A DNA stretch of 38,932 nt from Chiloscyllium plagiosum (taxonomy: Eukaryota), in the NCBI RefSeq assembly GCF_004010195.1, contig NW_025214875.1:1-38932 (forward strand), in the 5' to 3' direction. The position numbers were made by a program, and so were the translations under genes. The stretch's first letter is position 1. Every line of letters begins with the position of its first letter. This document shows positions 22,801-35,895 of this stretch, one piece after another. The notes below the pieces were generated by a model, which saw nothing but the letters and a program-made list of their open reading frames with translations, ran no database searches and had not been told where the DNA came from.

Positions 22801-23699
22801 ACCATAAGGACCAGAATACAATTCGGTCCTTTGGTCCATTATATCTTTTATCAGTTTGACAATAATTTACTGCACTGGAACTTCCGTCCTGAGAGTATCT
22901 GTGTTCTCCCTGCACCAAATGGACTGTCGTGATACAGTAAGTCATCTTACCATCACATTCTCGAGAATGGTCTGACCAGAAACTCAAACATCCCATCCAG
23001 GATTAAATAACAGTAATCAAGGAACGGGGTGTGGGATGGTACTCGGAGGGGATCTTGCAGGGAGCAGACCCCTTTGTCTGCTGCCCCTCGTCCTTCTAGA
23101 CTGTTAGGGAAGTCGCGTTTAGAAGGTGCTAACATTTGAAGGGGCCTTGTTGAGTTGTCCAGATGGAACACCCTGCTGTTATTGTGCATTTTGTGGTGGA
23201 CAGAGCGTGTGTTGAAAGTGGGGGTCAGCGTCTCAATCGAGTAGAGGGGAGCGTGTTCTGGTGACGCAGAGATTCTCGAGTGTGCAGGAGCTGACCGAAG
23301 AGAATATCGAAATATTTCTCCTTCACATTCAGTGGTGACACCAATATTGTTTCCCTGCACTATCAACATGCTGGTGCTCCTAACGCTGAATTCCATACAT
23401 CCCCACCCCCACCCACCCCAACCAACCAATATCAGCATCCTGAGGGTTACAATTGCGGGAGAATCCAAACATTATCACTTAATGTAGAATAGTGGTACCA
23501 TCTCTGAATCACACCACCATCAAAAACCTGAACGTGACCCTTCATGACTCCATAGTCACTGTTACAGTGTGCATCCAAATGCAGCTTGACCGAGACACGA
23601 TATACATGCTTTGGCTCACTATTGGCAAGGGTTCTGGGGAGTGCGGCTGCACAAATAAACCTTGGAGTATGCCGTATCATTCATTCACAGTGGCATCAC

Positions 23700-24270
23700 A
23701 AGGACAGGATAGTGAAGAACGCGTTTGGTTGGATTCCCTTTGTTGATTGGAGCACCGAGTGTAAGATTTGGGAGGGCATGCTGTGGCTGTACAGAACATT
23801 GGTTAGGCCACTTTTAAAATATTGAATGCAGTTCTGATTTCCCTCCTACAGGAAGGATGTTGTGAAACTTGAAATGGTTCAGAAAGGGTCTCGACGCATG
23901 TTCCCAGGATTCGGGAGTGATGGGGTTGTTTGGTCTATATGGGGAGGATGAATATGCTAACGTTGTTTTCCCTGGGGCGTCGTGGCCTGAGCGGTGGCCC
24001 TTCGAGAGGTTGTAAAATCATGAGGTGAATCGACAAGGCAAGTAGACAAGGTCCGTTCACTGGGTTGGGGGGCGTCCTGTACTCGAGGGAGAAGGTGTAG
24101 TTTGAGAGGGGAAAGATTTCAATGGGATAAAAGAGGCAATATTTTCATGGAAAGGGTGGTGCGTGTATGGAATGAGCTGCCAGAGGATGTGGTGGAGACT
24201 GTTACAGGGCATCTGTTTGGGCATATGAAGAGGAGGGTTTGGAGTGATATGGGCCAAGTGCTTTACGTGG
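23700..24270 (+). mobile_element. Decayed CR1 3' fragment
   Basis: Encodes LYRTLVRPLLKY and ERVVRVWNELPEDVV. Confidence 0.8.
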
Positions 24271-24519
24271 GAACAATTAACATCAAAGAAAAACAAATAA
24301 TCTAGCTCATTTGACAAAGGCGAATTGCGTGAAATCTCACCATTTGTAAAGTTTTCTTGATGAGAATTTATTGAGTTTGTGGAAAGAGCAGAACTTTTGA
24401 AGCTGATGTATTATTCAATGTGGCAAAGAAGAGTTTACACCTGGTCGTTAGGAAGTCTCTACCAAACCTGGAATCGTTCTATAGAATGGAGAGGGAAAGG
24501 AAGTGGGCGCCCTGTCAGA

Positions 24520-25060
24520 TTCTTTGTCTCACTTTCTGAGCCTCACTCTGTCTCTCTCTGTCTCCATCGCTTTTTGATTTTCTCCTTCCTTTCCTCTCGA
24601 TCTCCTCATCTCTCCCTTTCTGTCTCTGACTCTCTCTGACTCAATGACACTGTCTCTCTCTCTCTTTCTCTCTCACTCTCTCACTCTCCTCTCTCTCTCT
24701 TTCTGTGTGTGCCTATCCAGCTCTACCCCCATCCCCGAGTCTGTCTACCACTCTTATTCTGCTTCTCTATCTCTGTCTCTCCATTTCTCTCTTTCTATCT
24801 GTATTCCAACCTGCCTGGTTCTCCTCCATTCCTTCTTCCTGCTTCTGTCTTCCTTGAAATCCCTTTCTCTCTCTTCCGCAATTCTGTATCTCTCTCCCTA
24901 ATTCACCCTGTGTCTATCTTTCTCTGCATGCCTCTCTGTCTCTCTTTGCCTCTCTCGCTCTCTCCTGGTCACAATCCCAGGCCCCACCATGTCTCTTCCT
25001 TTGGCTATCTCTCGCTTGCTGATGATCTGTCTGTCTTCCTCACTGTATCTGTCATTCTGT
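24520..25060 (+). repeat. CT-rich low-complexity tract
   Basis: Degenerate (CT)n/(CTGT)n. Confidence 0.8.
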
Positions 25061-25142
25061 GTCGTTCTCGTTCTCTGCAGGCCCACACACTTTTACCAAG
25101 GAACAGGTTGTAATGAGTGTTGATCATTAATCCGGGGGATGT

Positions 25143-26110
25143 CTATTGACTGTTCAGAATTGGAGAGAAAGATTGACTTCTGAGGCTTTTTAAAATCTTC
25201 ATTTGCATTAATCGAACAATGATTTCACGGAGCATACCTATGGGATATCTCAAGGCAATTATAAACTGCTCTCTGAACCTAGTCTGAGTCACAGCATAAA
25301 TCCCAGTGTTCGTGCAGCAACTCAGCAACTGCAGTATGAAGCTCAATTCCAACACAAAACTGGGTAGGTACAACGTCTGGTAGTCCAACCAGTGCATGCG
25401 GATCCATATAGAATAGAACATTAATAATGACCACAACAGCATGAAATTGGCTGAGATAAACAGCAATAATATGATGGATTTTCTTCGGCTCGCCATCTCT
25501 GGGTCTCTGGGCCTCTCCACGCTGCTGGGGGCCCGGAGTCTGTTGCGGCCTCTGCTGGTTACAATAATGTGTCTCACAGTGAGAATGTTGCACAACAGGA
25601 TTAGGACAAATGGTACACCGGGGGTGAGAATGTTGTAGACAAACTCCATTGCTACCCAGATTGGTGAATTGATAGCGTAATGTCTGATCAGATAAAACCA
25701 GGGTTGGTTCACCAATACATATCGCTCCGTCAACGTGAAATACCAGAAGATGTTCTTCAAACAGCTCAGCACGGTCACTGTCCCCAGAACCACAGCCGCC
25801 GTTCTCTCAGTGCAGTATTTACTTTTCAGCTTCTGGCAACAAATGGCCACAAATCGGTCAAAGGTGAAAGTGACAGTGAACCAGACAGAACAGTCAGTTG
25901 CTGCATAGAGCAGGACAGCGTGGATATTACACAAGGGGATCGACGCCAAGAAACGAAAGTGTTCAGCAAATGTAATTGGAATGTGCCTCAATATTAGATC
26001 GAGAATAGTAACCATTAGGTCACTAAGTGCCATGGCGACCAGGTAGCGGGTGATGCATTTCGAGAGACCACAATTTCCCTTGAACAGGATCGCTATCGTC
26101 ACTAGGTTGG
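25143..26110 (-). CDS. GPR139-like: GPR139-like class A GPCR gene B, coding exon 2 (open frame)
   Basis: Acceptor ttttccttccacacag at 26111 onward. Frame ANLVTIAILFKGNCGLSKCITRYLVAMALSD...SVWFTVTFTFDRFVAICC...RDPEMASRRKS...LSCCTNTGIYAVTQTRFR runs to TAG. With the 97-nt exon 1 it gives 1065 nt, i.e. 354 aa. Confidence 0.92.
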
Positions 26111-26474
26111 CTGTGTGGAAGGAAAACATAGAGGAGCATCACAAGTCCGTTTGTACACAAGATGACATTTTACCTCACCATCAATTCACAGTATTAAAAG
26201 TGCCGTTTTGCACCTGTTATTATATTAAAATGATCACACCTATGAATGATTATATGCTGGAAATCGGAATGATCCTGGAAAACATCAATAGAGTACGAGG
26301 AATGTGGCAGAAGTGTGTTAGTGGAAAATGAGCACAGCTTTCCAGTAAACATAAATGGGACACTAATAGTATCGAAAATTGGATGCCATCTAATATGGAT
26401 AACTACATATGGAAATTGAATGGTAAGATAAGCTGGCAAATGATAGGACGAAAGATGGTTAAACAAGTGTTGAT

Positions 26475-29400
26475 ATAGAACAAAGAACAAAGGACATTTA
26501 CAGAGCAGGAACAGGCCCTTCGGCCCTGCAAGCCTGAGCCTTTTGAAATCCGCTGTCGAAACCTGTCACCTAATTACAAAGGATGTGGATCCCTCTGCTC
26601 CCCACCGACTCATGCATCGGTCCAGGCGCATCTGAAATGAACCTACCGTGCGTTCCTCTACTCCCTCTGCTGGCAACGCGTTCCAGACACCTACCACCCT
26701 CTCTGTAAAGTACTTGCTGCGTGTATTCCCCTAAAACGTTCACCTCTCCCTTTGAAAGCGTGCCTTCTCATTATTGAACCCTTCGCCCTGGGAAAAAGCA
26801 TATCTGTGTCTAACCTGTCTATACCCATCATGATTTTGTAGATCTCGTTCAGGGCCACCCTCAATTTCATTTTTTCTAATGAAAACAGTCTTAACCCACT
26901 CAACCTCTCTTCGTAGCTGGCACCTTCTGGAGCAGGCAACATCCTTGTAAACCCTCTCTGCTACGTCTCCAAATAGTCCACATCCTTTTGGTAATGTGGC
27001 GACCAGACCTATACACAGTAATCTAAATGCGGCTGAACCAATGCCTAGTACAAATGCAGCATGACCTGCCAGCACTTGTGCATAATCCCTCGTCCGATGA
27101 ACTCAAACATATTATATGTCTTCTTGATGACTCTGTCCACCTATGCAGCATCTTTAGGGTACAATGGACTTGAACTCGCAGATCTCTCTGCTCATCAACT
27201 GTTCCCAAGGCTCTTCCGTTAACTGTATAATTCGCTCGAGAGTTAGACTTCACAAAATGCATCACCTCACATTTGCCTGAATTGAACACCAACTGCCACT
27301 TGACCATCCAACTGTCCAGTCTATCTATATTTTCCTGAATTCTTTGACAGTCCCCTGTGCTTTCTCTACTCCACCAATCTTCGTGTCACCTGCTAACTTG
27401 ATGGTAATACCAACAGTACCCTCTTCCAATCATTCACATATATCAAAAATAATAGTGGCCAACACTGACCCCTGTGGAACACCCCTGGTCACATTTCGAA
27501 TGCATTTCGAATGGAAAGCGAATGCAATGTTGTCATTTATCTCAAGAGGATTGGAATATAAAAGCACCGTTGTGCTACTGAGACTTTATAAAGCTCTGGT
27601 TAGGCCCCATTTGGAGTATTGTGTCCAGTTTTGGGCCCCACACCTCAGGAAGGGCATACACTGGAGCGTGTCCAGCGGAGATTCACACGGATGATCCCTG
27701 GAATGGTAGGTCTAACATATGAGGAATGGCCGAGGATCCTGGGATTGTATTCATTGGAATTTAGAAGATTAAGGGGAGATCTAATAGAAACTTACAAGAT
27801 AATACATGGCTTGGAGAGGGTGGACGCTAGGAAATTGTTTCCGTTTGGCAAGGAGACTAGGACCCGTGGACACAGTCTTAGAATTAGAGGGGGTAAATTC
27901 AGAACAGAAATGCGGAGACATTTCTTCAGCCAGAGAGTGGTGGGCCTGTGGAATTCATTGCCACGGAGTGCAGTGGAGGCCGGGACGCTAAATGTCTTCA
28001 AGGCAGAGATTGATAAATTCTTGATGTCACAAGGAATTAAGGGCTATGGGGAGAATGCGGATAAGTGGAGTTGAAATGCCCATCAGCCATGATTGAATGG
28101 CGGAGTGGACTCGATGGGCCGAATGGCCTTACTTCCGCTCCTATGTCTTATGGTCTTATTCCTCCATTTCGAGTACCTCCTTTCAACTACTACTCTGTGT
28201 CTCATGTTGCTCAACCAGCTCATTATCCACCCAGCTAGAACGCCATGCACACCATGTGACTTCAGGTTCCCCATTAGTTTCCCATGGGGAACCTTATCAA
28301 ATGCCTTACTAAAGTCAATGTATATGACATCTACTGACCTTCTCTCATCTATCAACTTGATCACTGCCTCAAAGAACTCTATTAAGTTGGTAAGGCATGA
28401 TCTCCCCCGCACAAAACCATACTGCCTATGACTGATAAGCCCATTCTTTCCCAAATATACGTAGGTTTTATCCCTCAGTACGTTCTCCAGCAACTTTCCC
28501 ACCACTGACGTCAGGCTCACTAGTCTGTAGTTACCTGAAATATCTCTACTACCCTTCTTGTACAGGGCGACAACATGAGCAACTCTCCAGTCCTCCAGCA
28601 CCTCACCTATGTTTAAGGATGCTACAAAGATGTCTGTCAAAGTCACAGCTATTTCCTCTCTCACCTCCCTCAGCAACTTGGGATAGATCCCATCCAATCC
28701 TGTGGATGTGTCCACCTTAATATCCTCTCGCTTACCCAACGCATATTCTCTACTTACGTCATTGTGATCCTGACTAATCAATCTTCTATCTCTAATCTCA
28801 ATATTCATCATGTCCCTCTCCTCAGTGAACCCTGATGCAAAGTAATCATTCAGAATCTCACCCATTTTCTCAGGTTCAACGCACAACCGTCATTTCTTAT
28901 CCTTTAGTGGAGCAACTCTTTCTCTAGTTACCCGCTTGCCTCTTACATAAGAATAAAATACTTTGCGATTTTCCTTATTTCTGCTAATTGAAGCAATTTC
29001 ATGTCCCCTTTTAGCCCGCTTGATTCCTTGTTTAAGACCGGTCCTACTCTCCCGATATTCCTCCAGGGCCTGTTCTGTTCTTAGCTGCCTGGACTTGATG
29101 TACGCTTTCCTTTTCCTCTTGGCTAGTTGCACGATTTCTGTTGTCATCCACGGTTCACAAATCTTGCCATGCCTATCCCTTCCTTATAACGGGGCATGTT
29201 TTTCCTACACTATATTTAACATATCTTTGAAAGCTTCCCACATATCAAATGTGGACTTCTTTTCAAAGAGCTGTGTCTAATCCATATTTCCCAGCTCCTG
29301 CCGAATTTTGATACCATTGGCCTCAGCATAGTTTAGTACTTCTCGCTGAAGACAACTCTCATCTTTGTCTATGATTATTCTAAAACTTAGAGAACTGTGG

Positions 29401-29880
29401 TCACTATTCCCAAAGGAATCCCCCACTGCAACTTCTACCACCTGGCCTGGCTCCTTACCCAAACACAAGGTCCAATACAGCCCATTCCCTCGTCAGACTA
29501 TTGGCATACCACTCTGGAAAAGTCTCCTAAAAGCTTCGTACGAATTCTGTCCTATCCAGACCTCTGAAAAAAAGTGTATCCCAGTCAATGTAGGGAAAAT
29601 AAAAATCTCCGTTCATCACCACCCTGTTGCCTGTCCATCTTTCCATAACCTGTTTACCTATTTATTTTTCTACCTCAGGCTCACTGTTGGGAGGCCTTTA
29701 ATACAGCCCCAACAATGTAACTGCACTCTTCTTATTTCTCAGTTCCACCCATAATGCCTCAATACTCAAGCCCTCCTTAGTGTCCTCTATTAACACAGTC
29801 GTGATATCATCCCTGATCAGCAAACAACTCCTCCCCCGCTTTTACTTCCCTCCTTGTCCTGTCTGAAGCATCTATATGCT
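26475..29880 (-). mobile_element. Long decayed CR1 LINE (ORF2 endonuclease end, RT, 3' UTR)
   Basis: Encodes FGNSDHSSLSF, GLDGIYPKLL, NYRLVSLTSVVGK, YIDFSKAFDKVPH and FNSGKCEVMHF; tail (aacaaag)n near 26478. Confidence 0.95.
27492..28159 (+). mobile_element. Nested younger CR1 3' fragment
   Basis: Encodes LYKALVRPHLEYCVQFWAP...FFSQRVVGLWNSLP; tail ctatgtcttatggtctta; splits the host sequence ctggtcaca|ttcctcc. Confidence 0.92.
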
Positions 29881-30089
29881 GGAAATTATCTGTTGTGACA
29901 TTTTGATAAATTGGTCTTACATTCCATTCGCTCCTCTGCCTACGCGTCCATAGCTTACTTCCTCACTATTGACGTAGTTGACATTCTCATCGACACTCAG
30001 AGATGGCATTTTGAGAGGAGCTCCCCATAAAACATTCGGGCTTAATGGAGACCTAACGTCATTGGCAATCACTTAGAATTAAGAAGTGA

Positions 30090-30905
30090 TAGTGCTTTAC
30101 AACACTGAAACAGAACCTCCTATCCAGTTTGTCCATGCCAGTCAGATGTTGTAAATTAATCTAGTCCCTTTTGCCAGCATTTGGCCCACATGCCTCTGAA
30201 CCCTTCCTATTCATGTCACCATCGATGCCTTTTAAAATGGGTTGTTGTACCAGCCTCCATCACTTCCTCTGGCAGCACATTCTATGCACGCACCACCCTC
30301 TGTGTGTAAACGTTACCCCTCAGGTCCCCTTTAAACATTTCCCCTCATTCTAAATCTAGACCCTTTAGTGCTGCACTCCCCCACCACGAGAAACTTACTT
30401 TGTCCATTTACCCTATCAGGATTTATGCCTCTCAGGATTTTATAAGATTATCCCTCCAGTGTAAACAGCACCAGGCTATTTAGCCTCTCCCTATGACTCA
30501 AACCCTCCATCCCTGGCTACAACTTTGTCAATCTTTTCTGAACTCTTTCAAGATTCACAGCGTCCTTCCTGCAGCAGGGAGACCAGAATTGCACACAAAA
30601 ATCCACAAGTGCTCGAACCAATGTCCTGTACAGCCGCAACATGACTTCCCAAATCCGGTACTCAGTGCTGTGACCAACAAATGGAAGCATACTAAACCAT
30701 CTTTTTCACGATCATATCTACCTGCGATTCCACTTTCAAGGAACGATAAATCTGCACTTCAAGGTATCTTTGTTCAGCAACACTCCCCGGACATCACCAT
30801 TAAATGTATACATCCATCCTGGATTTGCGTTTCCAAAATGCAACACCTCATATTTATCTAAATTATACTCCATCCGCCAGTCCTCAGATCATTGGACCAT
30901 CACAG
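30090..30905 (-). mobile_element. CR1 3' fragment (paralogous to 16715-17955)
   Basis: Shares sequence and downstream flank with the gene A intron copy. Confidence 0.8.
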
Positions 30906-30915
30906 CCCTGGTTAA

Positions 30916-30951
<36 letters not shown>

Positions 30952-31154
30952 CAACAAATTCCCTCCCTCAATGTAGTTTAAACCAGGGCCTGTCTCGAGG
31001 GTTGTGGGAGAGTCACTGTTAGAAGGGTTAGACTGGATTGTTTGAGGGCACCAGGCAATTATCCTGCTGGTGTCTCTGAGTGAGGTTGGTTGTTAGTAAA
31101 CAGTGTTTTCAAGGATAGGGTGGGTTTTGGGGGAGAGCATGTTCTAGTGACCTT

Positions 31155-31498
31155 GTCATAGAATCCCTACAGTGTGGAAACAGCCCATTAGGCCCAACAC
31201 ATTCACACCGACCCGCTTGAAGGGTCTCCCACCCAGACCGAATCCCTTCCTTATTACTTTACATTTCCACTGACGAATGCACCTGAACTACACCTCCCTG
31301 AACACTTTGGAGAACTTGTCACGGCCAATTCACCTGAACTACACATCTTTGGATTGTGCAACGGAACCATAACACCTGCAGCAAACCCACGCAGACATGG
31401 GGAGTTTGTGCAAACAGACAGTGGCCCGAGCCTGGAATTGAACCCGGGACCCTGGAGCTGTGATGCAGAGTTGCTAACAACCGAGTCTCCATGCAGCC
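31155..31498 (-). mobile_element. HE1-type SINE (paralogous position to 18168-18483)
   Basis: SINE body with the same flanks (ggggagagcatgttct... and ...tacattgttcattcagaaa). Confidence 0.85.
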
Positions 31499-32297
31499 CG
31501 TAGTTATTGTTACATTGTTCATTCAGAAACACAGATAATAAGGCGTGAACCAGGGTTGGCGCCACTCTATGGCATATTGTCGAATTTTGATTCAATCAAT
31601 AAACGAGTCCAACAATGACGAGGAAACTTTTGCCAATTGTTAGGAATAAAATGCATCAGGTTCCATACAAGCCTAAAATGACACCACCCGGTGAAGGTCC
31701 GAAACAGTGACTATCCTGGTCCACCAGCCCCAATCTCAATTCTGAGCAAAGGTGGCTGTGGCCACTTGGGAGTCAACCTGGAAATGGTTCCAACTTGCAC
31801 CAGAGGGAATTATCTCAAAATAAGGGATCGCCGATTGAAGACAGAGATGAAGACAGCTTTTTCCTCTCCGTGAGGATTGAGTCTATGGGACTCTCGATCA
31901 TAGAGGGATGCTGTGGTTGGGTCATTCAGTATATTCAAGGCTGAGAGAGAAAGAGACTGAGATTTCTAATCAGACTGGAAATGGAGATATCGTCTAGGAA
32001 AGTGGTGTTGGGAACTATTGAATTAGCCATGATCTCAGTGAATACCAGAGACGTTTCAATGGGCCAACTGGCTTCCTCCTGTTCCTCTGTCTAACTGATT
32101 TATGATTGGGCACACTCGCCTGGCGTTGGCCGGTGTGGGGGAGTGTGGATTGTGCTCGGTGATGAGAAAGACTAGGACGCTGGGCTCCCCAGTGTTAAGT
32201 CCATCGCTCGGGTTACACAACAGGAATCACAACAGAGGAGAGATCTGTGGAGGCAGACACAGGGAAGGATCTGTAAACCACCAGCACAGTAACTTAC

Positions 32298-32394
32298 CGG
32301 GAACAGCAACAGCAGCGAGGAGCGGGTCGTATACTTGCTCGATTCTGAGGAGGACAAAATGCACCTGATTTGATGTTTCGATGCTTATTCCCAT
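32298..32394 (-). CDS. GPR139-like: GPR139-like gene B, coding exon 1 (proximal copy)
   Basis: Encodes MGISIETSNQVHFVLLRIEQVYDPLLAAVAVP followed by G|GTAAGT; phase 1 fits exon 2 (g+cc = Ala). Confidence 0.88.
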
Positions 32395-33249
32395 TTTTCC
32401 TGTGCACCAGAAGGTTCAGTATTCTCAGGCTCCAACCTCTCCTTGCTCTGCTCTCTGGATCTTGCTTGTGCCCCTCGCAGTGTGAGACCCCACCTCAAAA
32501 TGTGCGCTTATTAATCAGAGAAAGCGTCCCTTCAGGGACACAATCAGCGCGCTCAGAGACTGGGATTCATTTACTGAACAAACCACTTGGGTTAACCCCT
32601 TCTCCTCACAACAGCCTCTCCACTGCTTCACGCTTCCTAAAGGATTATGGCTTTGTCTGCTGTTGGGAAAGGACGATGGGAATAAAGGATAACAAAGTGG
32701 ACCGACTCTGTTGTATAAACACTGGGGAATTTGGCAAAGATAGCAAAGTGTATTTATAACTGATCACGTGTATGTTGCCCACTGAAGAATGCTACTCTGC
32801 GGCTGAGTGCTACCAAGTGCCTGTGTGCTATAGAAAGGCTGCTTGAGAATCGCCCTTGCATTGGTTGAGATTCCCTTTTGGGTGCTTTGTGTCCAGGAAT
32901 GTGTGGGAAAGGTGCTTGTGGAAAGAGATTTGGCGAATCTCCGCATTGTGTCTTATAGATGGTGCAGTGGTGTGTGCGTGGGGGAGGGAGTGGGAGTTTG
33001 TGGATGGCATGCCAATCGAATGGATCCCTTTATTCCTGGATGGTGTCACACTTTATGGGGGGGAGGAGGGGGGGGGGCACGGACAGCAGATCCGAGTCAT
33101 AATTTCTACCTTTATCTTCACAATGAAACAAAATACAAATCCTCATTGATTCTCAAATCTCGCCTTACTATTGCAGGACAAGGCTTCCGAGTAAGCAATC
33201 CCAGGAATCACATTTCAATTCCGGCTTGGCGTTTCAGCAAAAGACTCAG

Positions 33250-33525
33250 GAATGTGTGACTTTTGGGGCAATTGTCAACGAAATGTGTGAAGCAGGTTTC
33301 TCACACAAAGAGTGGTGAGTGTCTGGAACGCGCTGCCAGAGTAAATGATGGAAGCAGACGCAATAGCAGAGTTCAAGAAACGCCTGGGCGAATTCATCAT
33401 AGGGAAGGGAAGAGAGGGAGGTGGATCCTGCAAGTAAAACCAGTTTTAGTTTGGAAGGGCAAAATATATCAGCGCAGGCTTGGGAGGCCGAAGGGCCTGT
33501 TCCTGTGCTGTTCTCTTCTTTAGTC
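33250..33525 (+). mobile_element. CR1 3' end fragment (duplicated at ~36770-37016)
   Basis: Contains tcacacaaagagtggtgagtgtctggaacgcgctgcc...ggccgaagggcctgttcctgtgctg. Confidence 0.8.
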
Positions 33526-33707
33526 TTGATCCCATTGTTCGAGCAGAATGATATAGCAAAGTAATCGAATCGATGACTATGCTTTAAACCCAAGAGCCTT
33601 TGTTTCCAGCCCCATTCACCAAAAAAGACAGACAGGCAAACTCAGTTGAGGAAGGTCAACTCCTCCCAACCTCTTACAATTACCAAATTCATGCTGTTAA
33701 ATGTCTG

Positions 33708-34815
33708 GGAACAAAGAACAAAGAAAATTTACAGCCCAGGAACAGGCCATTCGGCCCTCCAAGCCTGAACCAATGCAAACCTACTGTCTAAACCTGTCGC
33801 CCAATTCCGAAACATCCGAGTCCCTTTGCTCCCACCTACTCTTGCATCTGTCCTGACGCATCTTTAATGAATCCATCGTGCCTGACTCTACTACCTCTGC
33901 TGTCAACGCGTTTCAGGCACCTACCACCCTCTGCGTGTATCCCCCTTAAACTTTCCACTTCTCACCTTGAAAGCGTGATGTCTCGTTATTGAATCCTTCA
34001 CTCTGGGAAAAAAGCTTATCTCTATCTAACCTGTCTATAACCTTCATAATTTTGTAGTCCTCAGTGAAGTCCCCACTCAATCTCCTTTTTTTCCGAATGA
34101 AAACAATCCTAACCGATTCAATCTCTCTTCATAACAAGCACTTTCCATAGCAAGCAACATCCTTGTAAAACCTTCTCTGCGCCCTCTCCACAGCACCCAG
34201 ATCCGTTTGCTAATGGGGCGACCAGTACTGTACACAGTATTCGAAATACGGTCTTGTACAAAATTAACATGACCTGCCAGCTCTTATACTCAATGCTCTG
34301 TCCGATGAAGACAAGCATACTAAATGGCATCTTGACCACTCTACCCAGCCATGCTTTCAGGGTACAATGGACCAGAACTCCCAGATCTCTCTGCTCATCC
34401 ACTTTTCCCAAGGCTCTTCCGTTTACTGTAAAATTCGCTCCAGAATTAGACTTCCCAAAACGCACCACTTCACATTTACCTGGATTGAACTCCACCTGCC
34501 ACTTCTCCGCCCAACTCTCCAGTCTATCTATATCCTCCTGTATTCTTTAACAGACCCCTATGCTTTCTGCTACTCCACCAATCTTCGTGTCATCTCCAAA
34601 CTCTCTGATCATTTTCTCAGGTTCGACACACAGACTTCCTTATCCTTTAGTTGACTAATCCTTTCTCTAGTTACCTGCTTGCTTCTTATATAAGAATAAA
34701 AGGATTTGGGACTCTCCTTAATTCTGCTCGCTAAAGCTATTTCGTGACCCCTTTTAGCCCACTTGATACCTCGTTTAAGACTGGGCCAACTCTCCCAATA
34801 TTCCTCCAGGGCCTT
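33708..34815 (-). mobile_element. CR1 LINE fragment with an internal deletion
   Basis: MEFNPGKCEVVRFG is joined near 34608 to the KRGHEIALASRIKE region; same family as 26475-29880. Confidence 0.88.
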
Positions 34816-35798
34816 CTGGGAGTTGGAAGCGTGCCCAGATTTGCACCAATTGCAACTTGTCCCCATTTGGGGAGAGTTTGCTGAGTATGTGGAGAAGCAG
34901 ATGTTTTGGCGAAGACAAGGTTTCAATGAGGCAAAGAAGATGGTTGCACGTCATTGATATGAGTCCTCTACCAGGCCTGGAATGGTCCGTTGAATGGAGA
35001 GGGAAAAGTGATTGGTCAATGTCAGTCTCTTTCTGTCATTGTGCCTGTCGCTCTGTCTCGCTGCAACCTGATTATTCCTCTCCTTCTCTCTGTCTTTCTC
35101 TCCCTCCACCTCTCTCTCTCCCTCTCTCTCTCTCTCTTGCTTTCGCTCTTTCTCTCCCGGTCTCTCTTTCTCTCTCTCTGTCTCTCTGTCTTTCTCTCTG
35201 TCAGTCTCTCTGTCTATTAGAGCAGCTGATCATGCGACTGGCAGCCTGTGTTGCGTTTCGTTCCTGCCTAAACCCTTTCGGGCATGTTTTACGTTTTCCT
35301 GTTGTTATGGGGGTGAGTTGCCACAGTCACTTTCCAATGCACCAGGTCAGTATTACACTGTGTAATCTGGTCAGAGGCCTTCTGGAAATCTGATTCGATC
35401 ATAGAGGGATGCTGTGGTTGGGTCATTCAGTATATTCAAGGCTGAGAGAGAAAGAGACTGAGATTTCTAATCAGACTGGAAATGGAGATATCGTCTAGGA
35501 AAGTGGTGTTGGGAACTATTGAATTAGCCATGATGTCAGTGAATGCCAGATAAGTTTCAATGGGCCAACTGGCTTCCTCCTGTTCCTCCGTCTAACTGAT
35601 TTATGATTGGGCACACTCGCCTGGCGTTGGCCGGTGTGGGGGAGTGTGGATTGTGCTCGGTGATGAGAAAGACTAGGATGCTGGGCTCCCCAATGTTAAG
35701 TCCATCGCTCGGGTTACACAACAGGAATCACAACAGAGGAGAGATCTGTGGAGGCAGACACAGGGAAGGATCTGTAAACCACCAGCGCAGTAACTTAC

Positions 35799-35895
35799 CG
35801 GGAACAGCAACAGCAGCGAGGAGCGGGTAGTATACTTGCTCGATTCTGAGGAGGACAAAATGCACCTGATTTGATGTTTCGATGCTTATTCCCAT
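35799..35895 (-). CDS. GPR139-like: Duplicate GPR139-like coding exon 1 (distal copy)
   Basis: Encodes MGISIETSNQVHFVLLRIEQVYYPLLAAVAVP followed by G|GTAAGT; intact 97 nt. Confidence 0.85.

Noticed and set aside
26111..26129. ATG at 26129 as the GPCR start
   Set aside because: It lies in the acceptor's pyrimidine tract; the first half of TM1 is encoded by the upstream exon.
28083..28886. Functional reverse transcriptase gene
   Set aside because: It is a fragment of a CR1 ORF2 broken by stops, frameshifts and a nested insertion.
32370..33259. ORFs conserved between the duplicated units
   Set aside because: The similarity reflects recent duplication; indels alter the frames and no domain is recognisable.
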